From NCBI GenBank assembly GCA_030264375.1, contig JASCQW010000098.1, forward strand, positions 53,820,289 to 53,884,288: a DNA stretch of 64,000 nucleotides. The letters run 5' to 3'. The notes under the pieces were generated by a model. The model was given only the letters and a program-made list of their open reading frames with translations. It did not search any database and had not been told where the DNA came from. Positions 53,553 through 64,000 of this stretch are shown piece after piece (positions within the stretch are counted from its first letter, which is position 1; each line of letters starts with the position of its first letter). This DNA is from Carcharhinus longimanus. Lineage: Eukaryota. The position numbers were made by a program, and so were the translations under genes.

Positions 53553-53754
53553 TTTGCAAATCTCTTAGCAAATCACAGATCTCTGGTCTTCACATGATTT
53601 TTTTACAAAGTCGTTTCAAGGTTACAAGCGGGCCCAGCAAGGAGGCACGACGACACAGTGATCTGCAAAAACACGCCAAAACGGTCGCAGCAGTAACTAC
53701 CCAGAGTTGACTCTCCAGTGAGACCCTTCTAAGAGAGTCATAGTTACTTCCACC
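53553..53754 (-). ncRNA. HDV-like self-cleaving ribozyme of the R2 5' end (decayed)
   Basis: Core GCCTCCTTGCTGGGCCCGCT resembles HDV P3/L3/P1. CCCGCT pairs with 28S GGCGGG. GCTAA is J4/2-like. TTTGCAGATC/GATTTGCAAA is a candidate P2. Confidence 0.65.
53730..53754 (-). other. 25-nt 28S rRNA fragment (R2 upstream target sequence)
   Basis: GGTGGAAGTAACTATGACTCTCTTA versus 28S GGCGGGAGTAACTATGACTCTCTTA(AGG): 23/25 identical. Confidence 0.9.
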
Positions 53755-54032
53755 AGAGAGCATCAACTACTTACAAGTTAATTGCTGGTGGATTTTTACT
53801 GGTTATTGCTATAATTCTACAAATATTTGGTGCATTCTGTAGATGTTTCAAGTTGTAGTCAACTGTTACATGTTTTGATGTTTTTCTCTTTTACTCCACA
53901 GGTGCGTCGGTCCACCTTGTTGTTTAACGAGGGGCATACACGCGGTGGGTCATGCGTGGGCTGCTCTTGAAAGTTCGAGAGTAGCCAAGTACTTTGCATC
54001 GTTTGTGTATGCTTAAAACTGGACCAGCAGAT

Positions 54033-54264
54033 GGGCACCACAACAGCTCAGTGACTATCACTGTTTGCTGTGCAGNNNNNNNNNNNNNNNNNNNNNNNNN
54101 NNNNNNNNNNNNNNNNNNNNNNNNNNNNNNNNNNNNNNNNNNNNNNNNNNNNNNNNNNNNNNNNNNNNNNNNNNNGAAAAACACATTGTTAAGATGGCGG
54201 CGCAGGCTCATTGGGCCGAAGGGCCTGTTTCCCGTGCTGTGTTGTTCTTTGTTCTTTGTTCTTT
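54033..54264 (+). mobile_element. SINE with (GTTCTTT)n CR1 tail, middle lost in a gap
   Basis: Head-like AGCTCAGTGACTATCACTGTTTGCTGTGCAG; tail nearly identical to 53178-53247. Confidence 0.7.
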
Positions 54265-54445
54265 GTAGATATCAAAATGAGTGATGCAGCTGGTATAGAA
54301 GGACTAATTGCTGTCTTCAAGGACTTTGCACGAACATTTGCTCCCAGACTTCTGTGTATTAGTAAGAATTTCCCATGATATTTAGCATGACTTGGAGAAT
54401 GAGAAAGGTCATTCAGAGCAGGGCATGCGAATGGGAGGAGGAGGA

Positions 54446-54722
54446 GATGGCACAATAGTTAGCACTGCTGCCTCACAGTGCCAGGGACCCGGATTCAATT
54501 CCCGGCTTGGATCACTGTCTGTGTGGGGTTTGCACATTCTCCCCATGTCAGCATGGGTTTCCTCCAGTTGCTGTGGTTTCCTCCCACAGTCCGAAAGACA
54601 TGCTGCTTAGGTGTATTGGCCCGTACAGGTGCCGGAGTGTGGCGACTAGGGGAATTTCACAGTAACTTCATTGCAGTTTTAATGTAAGCCTTACTTGTGA
54701 CTAATAAATAAACTTTAAACTT
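54446..54722 (+). mobile_element. V-SINE, 'TAATAAATAAACTTT' tail subtype
   Basis: tRNA head, V-domain, tail CAGTAACTTCATTGCAG...GTGACTAATAAATAAACTTTAAACTT. Confidence 0.9.
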
Positions 54723-55131
54723 ATCAGCCAGAGGTATATTTGTTTTTAAAGTTTATTTATTATTGTCACAAGTAAGCTTATATTAACACTGCAATGAAGT
54801 TCCTGTGAAAATCCCTTATCTGTTCAGTGTATCATTTGCCAATCTGAACTTCAGTGAGAAGCAGTGTGAGAGAAGTCTACCCTTTCATAAGAATGCTCTC
54901 ACTGAAATCTGCCACCTGTTGCAGTCACGCCTTTAACCTTGGAGCAGGGAATGGAACACATTGCAGAGAGTGGAAAGTGTGTCAGTGATTGTCAGACAAT
55001 CTTTTTAACTGTTATTGCTGTCATGATCTAATAGCTGGCAGTGTATGCACACTGTGCAATGTGGGTGTGATGCTTGGAGTAGTGCTAGGTATGTAAAAAG
55101 GTGGTGAAGCATATGAATGTCAGAGTTGACG

Positions 55132-55438
55132 TGGGGCAGCATGTAGCACATTGGTTAACATTGTTGCCTCACAGCGCTAGGGACCCAGGTTTGATTCCTG
55201 GCTTGGGTCACTGTATGGAGTCAGCACATACTCCCCGTGTCTGCGTGGGTTTCTTCTGGGCGCTCCGGTTTCCTCCCACAGTCCAAAAGACGTGCTGGTT
55301 AGGTACATTGGCTATGCTAAATTCTTCCTCAGTATATCTGAACAGGCATCGGAGTGTGGCAACTAGGGGATTTTTATGGTAACTTCATTGCAGTGTTAAT
55401 GTAAGCCGACTTAGGACAATAATAAATAAACTTTAAAC
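55132..55438 (+). mobile_element. V-SINE, 'TAATAAATAAACTTT' tail subtype
   Basis: Same head, V-domain and tail as 54446-54722. Confidence 0.9.
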
Positions 55439-57337
55439 TGATTTCCACAGTGGCTGAAGCTATTAGTAAGTTCATAGGAAAAGGCATTTGAAGATGAAAT
55501 CACTGACCTTGACCAGTCATATGAGGTAATTAATTCACTTGCACTGCATATAGTTCCTCCTGGCATTAACCTTCATGGTTGCTTGTTCCTATCACCTTCT
55601 GACTGTATGGAGGGTTTCCTTCACTACGGTAGACATCTCCCTTCCGCCTCCTCCTCTAAGACCTCCAGTGCAGCAGTCTCCTCTCTCTCTCCTGTTGTTC
55701 CATTCTACACTCTTTTCCCAGGTCAGGTTCTTGTGAATCACAACTCACAGAAACTGTTTCCCCTGTAAGAGGTGCAGGCTGGTTTTAAGTGATGCTAACC
55801 ATTCACTATATTAACCACGTGCTGATGCATCCAGCCAATGAACAACATGGTTAGCACTAGCTGGATGTAGGGATTATTCAGATAAACTGGCAGTACAAAG
55901 CCCATGAGCTGCCTGCATTGCAATCAACAGGTAGAGTTTAACTAAGCATCAGGATCCAGAGCTCTCTCTACTTCAAGAGATTTCCTTGCTGGCATAGAGC
56001 CAACAGCTTCAAGCTTGTCTCTCTCAGTCAGTATATTTAGCATTTTCAGTCTACAGTATATAGCTGCAACAAGTAAGTCACCAATGTCATATTTGCTATG
56101 GTCAATGGATGCCAGCACTCAAAATGGCAGAGCTGTGAGATTTGCAGCAGTGCTTGGTTTTATCCATGTCTAAGAGGTTATAGACTGCAATCATGTAGCA
56201 TCAAGACATCTGAAGATGAATCAGCAGCTTCCATCATCAGAAAGGCCTGTGCCAGTTTTTTTGTCAAGGTGCCTCAAGTGTGCAGCACTTATCCAACTCC
56301 CACATAAAGTCTGTCACATCATTATGGTGCGTTGCATGTTGCACAATATGGAGATATAGAAATACAGTTCGAGAAGCAATAGCAGGAAATGTAATAATTT
56401 GACATTAAGGAGTTAGCTGAAGGTAAGAGAAAAAGAGAAGGAAGGTGAACAACTAGAAAGGCCACAGGTTAATTGATAGCACAGCACATCCAGTGACCCA
56501 TTCAATTCCCTTGACTGAATGGTGACACAAAATCCCTTCTCATTACCAATCCTGGCCACCACCTTAACTAATCCTTTAATCCTTCATTGAAGAACTTTAA
56601 GCAAGAGTGTATTGAATGGCTACTTAAAAGGAAATTCAAATGTGGAGTCACAAAAAGCAAGATACAGGCAGGGTGGGGAGTTGTTGAATAGAAAGCAACT
56701 GGCTGGAATGAAGAAGTCACAAGCGGAGTTCTTCTGCAAAAACATATTAGTGCCAGTGTGAAGGCAACAAGTAAGAAGTCTCTTCATATGTTTAAGCAAA
56801 GAATTGGAGATGGCGTAGTGTACTATAGGAGGCTCTGTGGTGCAATGAGTAACACCCCTGCCACCAAAGCAAAAGCTCTGGGTTCAAATACCACTCCAGG
56901 ACTTAATGGACAAGGAAAATGTATTCATAACATGACCTGACAAATTGAATATCAACTTGTAAATCCTTTCAATGATAGGTGACAAGGGCAGATGAGATTC
57001 CTGATCAACCATGTGATGGAAAGAAATTAGAACCCATAGCTTGATGCCTACAGCACAGGAATGGGGTGGATTTGGGACCTACCTCCTTGCCCCACCTGTG
57101 GTAAAGGGTGTGCTGCTTTGGGTCAAACTTGTCTTTGTACAGAGAACTTCCAAAGTAAAATAGCATGATAAGTTTGTCTCGTTTCCTAAATGCATCAATG
57201 TTCCTAGTCTCAATTATTCATTGTTATGAGATTTGCATTTGAATCACTCTATTGATAAACAAGTTTCTCCTATTGGATTTATTAGGGATTATAGTAATGC
57301 CTTCTCCAAAAGTGGAAACATACTCCCTATAACTGCC

Positions 57338-57625
57338 GGGGAAGCACAATGGCGCAGTGGTTAGCATTGCTGCCTCACAGCTCCAGGGACCTGGGTTTGA
57401 TTCCCAGCTTGAGTGACTGTCTGTGTGAGTTTGCATGTTCTCCCCATCTCTGTGTGGGTTTCCTCCCACAGTCCAAAAATGTGAAGGTTAGGTGAATTGG
57501 TCATGCTAAATCCTCCATCAGTGTACCCGAACAGGTGCTGGAGTGTGGCAAGTAGGGAATTCTCACAGTAACTTTTTGCAGAGTTAATGTAAGCCTACTT
57601 GTAACTAATAAATAAACTTTAAATA
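57338..57625 (+). mobile_element. V-SINE, 'TAATAAATAAACTTT' tail subtype
   Basis: GGCGCAGTGGTTAGCATTGCTGCCTCACAGCTCCAGGGACC...TAATAAATAAACTTTAAA. Confidence 0.9.
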
Positions 57626-57874
57626 ATAAATCAGTTTATTATTTTAAAGACCTTATTAGATCACCCTTATTCTTCTCTTTTCTAGAGAAGAGACCCCACC
57701 CTATTCAATGTTTCCTGATAAGTATAATCTCTCAGTTCTAGTATATTCTTGGATTCTGAACCTTTTCAGAGCCATGTTTGTTTACATAGTTTCATACATT
57801 ATGAAAGTATTTTGGGGCGTTGTTAAGACACATTATGGCATAACAGTATTCTAGTTATCTATTCTAGTTATGGG

Positions 57875-60800
57875 CATCAGATTTTGGGAAGGACATGGAG
57901 ATTTTTGTAAAGGATTAACATTAAAAGCATGCATGATGCTGATGTAATAATGATGTTTGATCATATGACTGACCAATAAGAGAGATCTGGAAAGAGGAGA
58001 AGCTCCGACCTAAATGTGTAAACACGTGCTATAAATAAAAAACTGTGGTTTTGAGAAACTACAGACTTGAGCAACAAACTTTAGAAGAGTAGACAATCCC
58101 TGTAATCCCTGGCTGGATACTGACCACACAACAAAATATTATTTTGCAATGAGTAAAAGATCCAGCAAACCTTAAAAGAAAAATACAGGGCTAGAAAGAA
58201 GAGATCCACAAAGGAAGGACAAAAAAAGACATCAGAACATCATGGGAGCAACAGATAAAACTGGAACGTAGACCCGGAGACCATACAGCTGTGAGTACAG
58301 ACCAGAAACAGCAAGCAGCAGCACAGAACCAGGAACAATTCAAAGGCTCAGAAGTATCATGGAATCCAGACTATGACACCCAGAACCATTTTAGAATGTG
58401 CAAAGCTCACAACAGCCCCAGAACTGGGATAGAGAAAAGGATTCATGAGATACAGAACTGCCTCAGGATTACATATAAAAAAACCAGGCCAGTACACTAT
58501 GATGACATAATAACAAGGCAGTGGGTCGATGAGATTTCAACTCCTTATCAAGAAGTCCTGTGAACTTTCGACACTTATTTCAGCATACCTCAGAATTTAA
58601 TAGTACTGAGTGCTAAATTTAATAGAAGAAAGTAAAGTTCAGGTGAAAGGATAGATTAATTCATCAATAATCTGTATAGGCAGGCAGGAACTGTGATTAT
58701 GGAATCTTAAAAGAATAGCTGATTCATGACAGAATCATGGTCAGGTCATAGACGAAGTTTTATCAAACTCTTCCAGACAAAAGAGGATTTAACTTTAGTA
58801 AAATCAATGCAAATTGTGAGGCAATTAAAATTCGGGAAACAGAATTGAGAATCCACTCCACAAAGTTTCTAAAGAATAGTTTCTCAGACAAGGAAGGAAT
58901 AATATGCCATATGGATGATTCTGATTCTGTGATCATGCTCTTCTTTCATGGAGCCATGTATTAACAGTCCTGAGAGTTGTACAGGCCCAACATTCAATTA
59001 AAAAAAATGAGTTCACCCAACCNNNNNNNNNNTTTCTTCTTCAAAGTCAAACAGATCCAAAATGTTAATTCTGTTTTCTCTCTCTGCAAATGCTGCCAGA
59101 CTTGCTGAGTTTTTCCAGTCTTTACTGTGTCTATTTCAGATTTCCACATTCCACAGTATTTTGCTTTTATTGAAAAGGATTTCAAGGTGGTTGAAGCACG
59201 TATACCATTCATATTCAGTACTGACCAACTACTGCAAAAATAAAGCAGGCCCACCAACCAGAATCATAGAATCTCTACAAGTGCAGAAGGAGGCCATTCA
59301 GCCCATCAAGTCTGTACCGACCACAATCCCACCCAGGCCCTATTCCCGTAACTCCAATATTTACCCTGCTAATCTCCCCTGACACTAGGGTCAATTTAGC
59401 ATGGCCAGTCAACCTAACCCACATATCTTTGAACTGTGGGAGGAAACCGGAACATCTGGAGGAAACCCAGGCAGAGACAGGGAGAACATGCAAACTCCAC
59501 ACAGACAGTGACCCAAGGCCAGAATTGAACCCAGGTCCCTGGTACTGTGAGACAGCAGTGCTAACCACTGTGCCGCCATACCACCAGAAGAAGAATGTCT
59601 CCAAATCAAAAGATATTTTCTGGGAAAGGAAGGGAGCCTAGACTTATACCGACTAATCTGGTGCTATGGTAATACTTTGAACAGCGCAAGCACTTCAGGC
59701 ATTGATGACTCACTAGTGTCTTCAATAAGTGAACAGTGAACTGAGAAAACTTCAGTTTGACGATCTTCAAAGTCTTCACCAAACTCATCTAAGAACAGCA
59801 AAATTCAGTCTGGTGGTCTGGCATTACTCTATAGAATAAATGATTTCGAACTAGCTTGCACTGTAAATAGCCAAGAACAAAAAAGAACCAATATTACCTT
59901 ATATATTTCTATCAAGGCCATGGGAGTGCCTGGGAAAATCTTCCTCATTTTCAATGATTATTACCCACAATGGATTGAAGTAAATAGATTGCATAGTATC
60001 ACAACAGAAGCAGTCATCCATCCAATTCTTCAATAGAATATATGCAATACCTGGCACCCCAGATTTTTTTTATTAGTGTTACATATAGACTTATTTTAAC
60101 ACTGTACTGTGGATATCAATAGTGGGCAATTTGCAAATGAGCTATTCCACACTTTCACAAATGAATATGCATTGTTCATGTAAGCAGTTCACCTGATTAT
60201 CCTAAGTGAATGGAGAAGCTGAGAAGTGTATGAACTGTCTAAGATTTATTGAAGAATAATGATGTCCTTAGTTTAACCTGAGTCATCTAACCTCACCAAT
60301 GACTTCTCACTATCCGAATGACTAATGGATAGGAGGTTGAGAACACAGTATCCATCTCTAGAACAAAAGCAAAAGCCCAACATCGCCATGAAAGATCACG
60401 AGGGGGTAAAATAGAGTGAGAAAGAACAAAGAAGCAACAAGACTCAGAACTTTAATCACAAGCAAAGAGCACAAGTTCCCTGAAGCTCAGGGAGAGAATA
60501 TGGGTCTGAGACCAACTAAGCAAAAGCACAATCATTGAAAATATTCCACAACCAAGATGCCACAGGATTGAGACAAAACAGGATGTCAGAAGAAAAAAAT
60601 CAGAGTGCCTTAATATCCTTGAAGGGAGAGCCAATCAAAATTTGGGCTTACTAATCAGATCCTGATGAAATAGAAAAAGATTTATTATGGACTCCACAAC
60701 CACCCAGGAAATCATTCATCAACAGAAGGGAGAGTACAGAACATCTTCAACTTTAGAAAGAGATTAGAACAAGATGAGAGAGATTGGTCAAGGCATTTGT

Positions 60801-61125
60801 AACTGACCCTGTGAAGTCTGAGACTTTGGTGGGAGATGTCGGATGTGGTAAATATGCTATGGAATAAATAAAGACTTGGGGGACATGTAGAATAATGGGT
60901 CAACATCAGAAACATACATGATGCTAATGTAATAATGATGTCAGATCACATGACTGAAAAGTTAAAGTGATCTGGAAGGTGTAGAAGCTTGAATCTCAGA
61001 AGTCCAAATGTGTAAATACTTGTTCTAAATATAGAATAATGCTTTTGAGAAATTACAAACTCAAGCAGCATGCTTTAGGGGAATAGACAATCCCCAAAAC
61101 TGCCATGTATACTCCAACCACAAAA
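57875..61125 (+). mobile_element. Old, internally deleted Gypsy element with both LTRs
   Basis: Diverged direct repeats at ~57875-58133 and ~60840-61125 (CATGATGCT.ATGTAATAATGATG, TTTTGAGAAA.TACA, TAGACAATCCC). Gag-like remnant at ~58560-58850 (KFNRR..SGERID.FINNLY, IHDRIMV). Integrase remnant at ~59950-60240 (DYYPQWIEV, SSPDYPK.NGEAE). Confidence 0.75.
59260..59585 (-). mobile_element. HE1/V-SINE, full length, nested in the Gypsy element
   Basis: Head GGCGGCACAGTGGTTAGCACTGCTG, V-domain, tail GATTCTATGATTCT. Confidence 0.92.
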
Positions 61126-61129
61126 CTAA

Positions 61130-61612
61130 GCTTTTGAAGAGGTTCAAAAGAAGTTTGTTAGAATGATTCCAGAGATGATGGATTATATTTATGTGAATTA
61201 ATTGGAGAAGCTGTAATGATTCTCTCTGTAGCAGCAAATACTACAATGAGGTTTGATAAAGTTTCTTAAGCCAATGAATTGTTTGGTTACAGTATAGAAA
61301 AACAAAAGAGAAACTGTTCCAGTGGCTGAAGCAGCAATAGCGATGATATAATTTAATGTGATTGGATAAAAAACCAGAGGTAACATGAGAATAAAATGAT
61401 TTAGACAAAAACTGGTTAAGATTTGGAATGTGCCGCCAGGTAGGATGATAGATATGGATTCAATAATAATCTCCAAAAGGGACTTGGATATACGCTGAAA
61501 GGAGAAAAGGGCAGGGATATGGGGAAAGAGATGGGGGTAGGATAATTGGATTGCTCTTTGAAAGAGCTGGTACAGACTCGAAAGGCCAAACAGCCCACTT
61601 CAGTGCTATACT
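61130..61612 (+). mobile_element. Decayed CR1 3' fragment
   Basis: GAGGTTCAAAAGAAGTTTGTTAGAATGATTCCAGAGATG...GGTTAAGATTTGGAATGTGCCGCC...CR1-type 3' UTR. Confidence 0.7.
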
Positions 61613-63077
61613 ATCTTATATATAAAGACAAGTAATGTTCAAAATGGCAGGGAAGTAAGGGAGCCATAGTTCTCAAATGTTTGGAAATCATTAAGTTGGA
61701 TTCTTTGCCATTCTTGGCAGGCCATTGGAATGTTTCCTGCATTCCACCCAGGTATAATGCTGATATTTCTGAACTGATGAGCTCAGCCATCCCTCTCTCC
61801 AGGACTTCTGAGCATCTATTTCTTCCATTGGTGAGAAGGAGAGCCTCCCTCCTCACCCTCAAATTAGACTTCAGAACCTGGGGGATTTCTTCTGATATCT
61901 TGAAGTGTTAACTAATGTAATGCCAATAAAATGAATGCTGTACTCTTTAAGAAGTATATTCTTGCTTCAGCTAGGTTTCTGGAAATCTGTACCCATAAGG
62001 TGGGCTTTCTTGTTCCAGATGTGATTCAGTAGGACACACTCTAGTCAAATTTAAGAGTTAAAATGTCAGGGACCTGAAATTGGATGAGCAAGCACTTTTA
62101 ATGTCTGTCCTATGGCCCTCAATGCCCTGCAATCTCCTCTGAGTTGAATCCTACACCACAGGTTTCTACTTCTATGATCTAGCATATATTACTTACCATG
62201 CAAACCAAATCCTAAAAGGAAACTTGGCCCATGGATCACAACCCCTTTTTTTGTATTCTGATGAGAAGCAAGGTTTACTGATTTCAGATGTCACAAATTC
62301 CAGTAACACTTTTGGGAGTTTAAGCATTGAATTAAAACATTTATTAACAAAAGCACACAATATTATATTTACATGGTTAAAATTTTCTTCACAAAACATT
62401 ACTCAAAAAACCTCAATTGCTTAGATATACACATAAACACGCTCTGGGCAATGCTCCCTTATAGAGATTTAACTACACAATTCCAGTAATATTGCCACCA
62501 GGCAAATCTCCTGTTGCTTTCGGAAAGATATATCTCATGACTTCTCACTCACTTCCACTCTGCTGTGGAAATGCAAAAACAGAACTCTGTTTCCTGAAAA
62601 ACAAGCAGTTCTGACTTGGCTAAAATGGCTTCTTCACCTATTTTCAGCTCCTGAGCTGTACATCAGGAGGTCTGACATAAGTATTAATCCTCTCCACTTT
62701 TCCTTAAATATTATTTTTGCCTTTTACCTTTGATTCCATTGTCTTTAGCCCTTCTTCGAACCTTAACTTCCCAAAATATAAAAATCTTACGTGTTCTTCC
62801 TATTGCCCCCATTTTCAGGTCAAATAAAATTTAATAACCGTGCATAATAAAACATTTGAAATTTAACAGCTGAAAATCCAAACCATTTCTTATCTCCTCA
62901 TGCAAATTTCTACATATTGTTTGTTAACTCATTGAAAATTCACTGGCCTATGCATGTTTTTCACATCTCCACTCCTTTAATTTCCTAAACTTTGCAGACA
63001 ATCAGTTTAATCAAATTTATTTCACACTCACACTGACCCAGAGGCCTGCTTCACAAAATAACACAATTCACCCAAAA

Positions 63078-63405
63078 ATTTGATTTGATTTGTTATTGTC
63101 ACATATATTGATATACAGTGAAAAGTATTGTTTCTTGCGCATTATATACACAAAGCATACTGTGCATAGAGAAGGAAAGGAGAGAGAGTACAGAAATGTA
63201 GTGTTACAGTTATAGCTAGCGTGTAGAGAAAGATCAGCTTAATGCAAGATAAGTCCATTCAAAAGTCTGATGACAGCAGGAAAGAAGATGTTTTTGAGTT
63301 TTTGGTATGTGTCCTCAGACAGAAGAAGGTGGAAGAGAGAATGTCTGGGGTGCGTGGGGTCCTTAATTATGCTGGCTGCTTTGCCACACCAGTGGGAAGT
63401 GTAGT
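63078..63405 (-). mobile_element. Rex1/Babar-like LINE 3' end
   Basis: KAASIIKDPTHPRHSLFHLL...KNIFFPAVIRLLN and tail (AATCA)n; homologous to 12550-12868. Confidence 0.8.
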
Positions 63406-63407
63406 CA

Positions 63408-64000
63408 GAGTCCCCCTGGCACTGCTCAAGGAACAAAGTGTCATGCCCAGGGGGCAGCATTCACTACCCATCAGGCATCGGGCAGTGCCAAGACGATGGC
63501 CTATAGAGAGTGAGGCCTCATGGGGAGAGAGCTTAGGGGCAATGAATGGAGGTGGGGCGGGTCCAGCTGCTATTGTGCATGGGGATCAATGGGGACAGGA
63601 GGGAGGCCAGTGATTGGGGTGGGCAGGGGTGCTCAGGACTGCTGGGGGTGGGGGGGGGGGGTGAATCNNNNNNNNNNGGAGCGGTGGGAAGCTGTCTGTA
63701 CGGGGTGGGTCTGTAGAAGGAGAGGCGTGGGGGGAAATCATCACTGCTGGGGTGATGCTGGAGATCGGGGCCGTCCAGGACGGGGGGAGTGGGGGGGCTG
63801 GTGGTTCAAGGCCAGCCTGGACATGCTCGGGAGGGCTGCGATCAGGCCATGGGGGGGTGGGGGGGAGTTGGGGGGCAGTAGTGTGGGAGTTCTGGCCTGG
63901 TCAGCGATCAAACTAGCCAGCAAATGGGAAAGCTGACAGTTTGGGGCCACTGTGCATACGCAGGGTTCCACTGGTTTCAGCCTCTCCAACAGGAATAGGC
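63408..64000. repeat. G-rich interior of a Harbinger-like non-autonomous element (partial)
   Basis: GGGCAGTGCCA / CTGGCACTG motifs and G-runs with GATC, resembling 5220-5780. Confidence 0.4.

Larger units (their letters stand above)
47591..53754 (-). mobile_element. R2: R2 non-LTR retrotransposon (clade A type), apparently full length, decayed, outside rDNA
   Basis: 5' 28S rRNA tag plus HDV-like ribozyme core, then a single ORF with 3 zinc fingers, Myb, RT, CCHC and RLE nuclease. CpG-rich 3' UTR ends in a hairpin followed by TTAAAAA. The 3' boundary is inferred. Confidence 0.9.

Noticed and set aside
53730-53754. 28S rRNA gene or rDNA locus
   Set aside because: Only 25 nt match, and neither flank of the element continues as rDNA.
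53982-53988. TAGCCAA as the downstream half of the R2 28S target
   Set aside because: Only 7 nt, on the wrong strand and the wrong side of the element.
62240-63065. Additional solo LTR (also ~33906-34600)
   Set aside because: Composition looks LTR-like, but I could not fix TG/CA ends or a TSD.

Overview
Eukaryotic, AT-rich, gene-poor DNA that reads as an elasmobranch (shark-like) intron or intergenic region. The species call is inferred from the repeat content: HE1/V-SINE-type tRNA SINEs, DeuSINE/SacSINE-like relics, many CR1 3' ends, Rex1/Babar- and RTE-like fragments, decayed Gypsy elements, solo LTRs and Harbinger-like TIR elements. The assembly has ~100-N and 10-N gaps. I found no intact host gene, rRNA gene, tRNA gene or CRISPR array. 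The standout is a ~6.2 kb, apparently full-length but decayed clade-A-type R2 retrotransposon on the minus strand (~47591-53754) with 3 zinc fingers, Myb, RT, CCHC and a PD-(D/E)xK nuclease. It sits outside rDNA, yet its 5' end carries a 25-nt 28S rRNA tag that starts 28 nt upstream of the canonical R2 site, followed by an HDV-like ribozyme core. A second notable element is an ORF1-less APE-RT LINE with a tRNA-like Pol III head (22803-25850). Repeat family names come from recalled motifs, not database searches; most boundaries are approximate.
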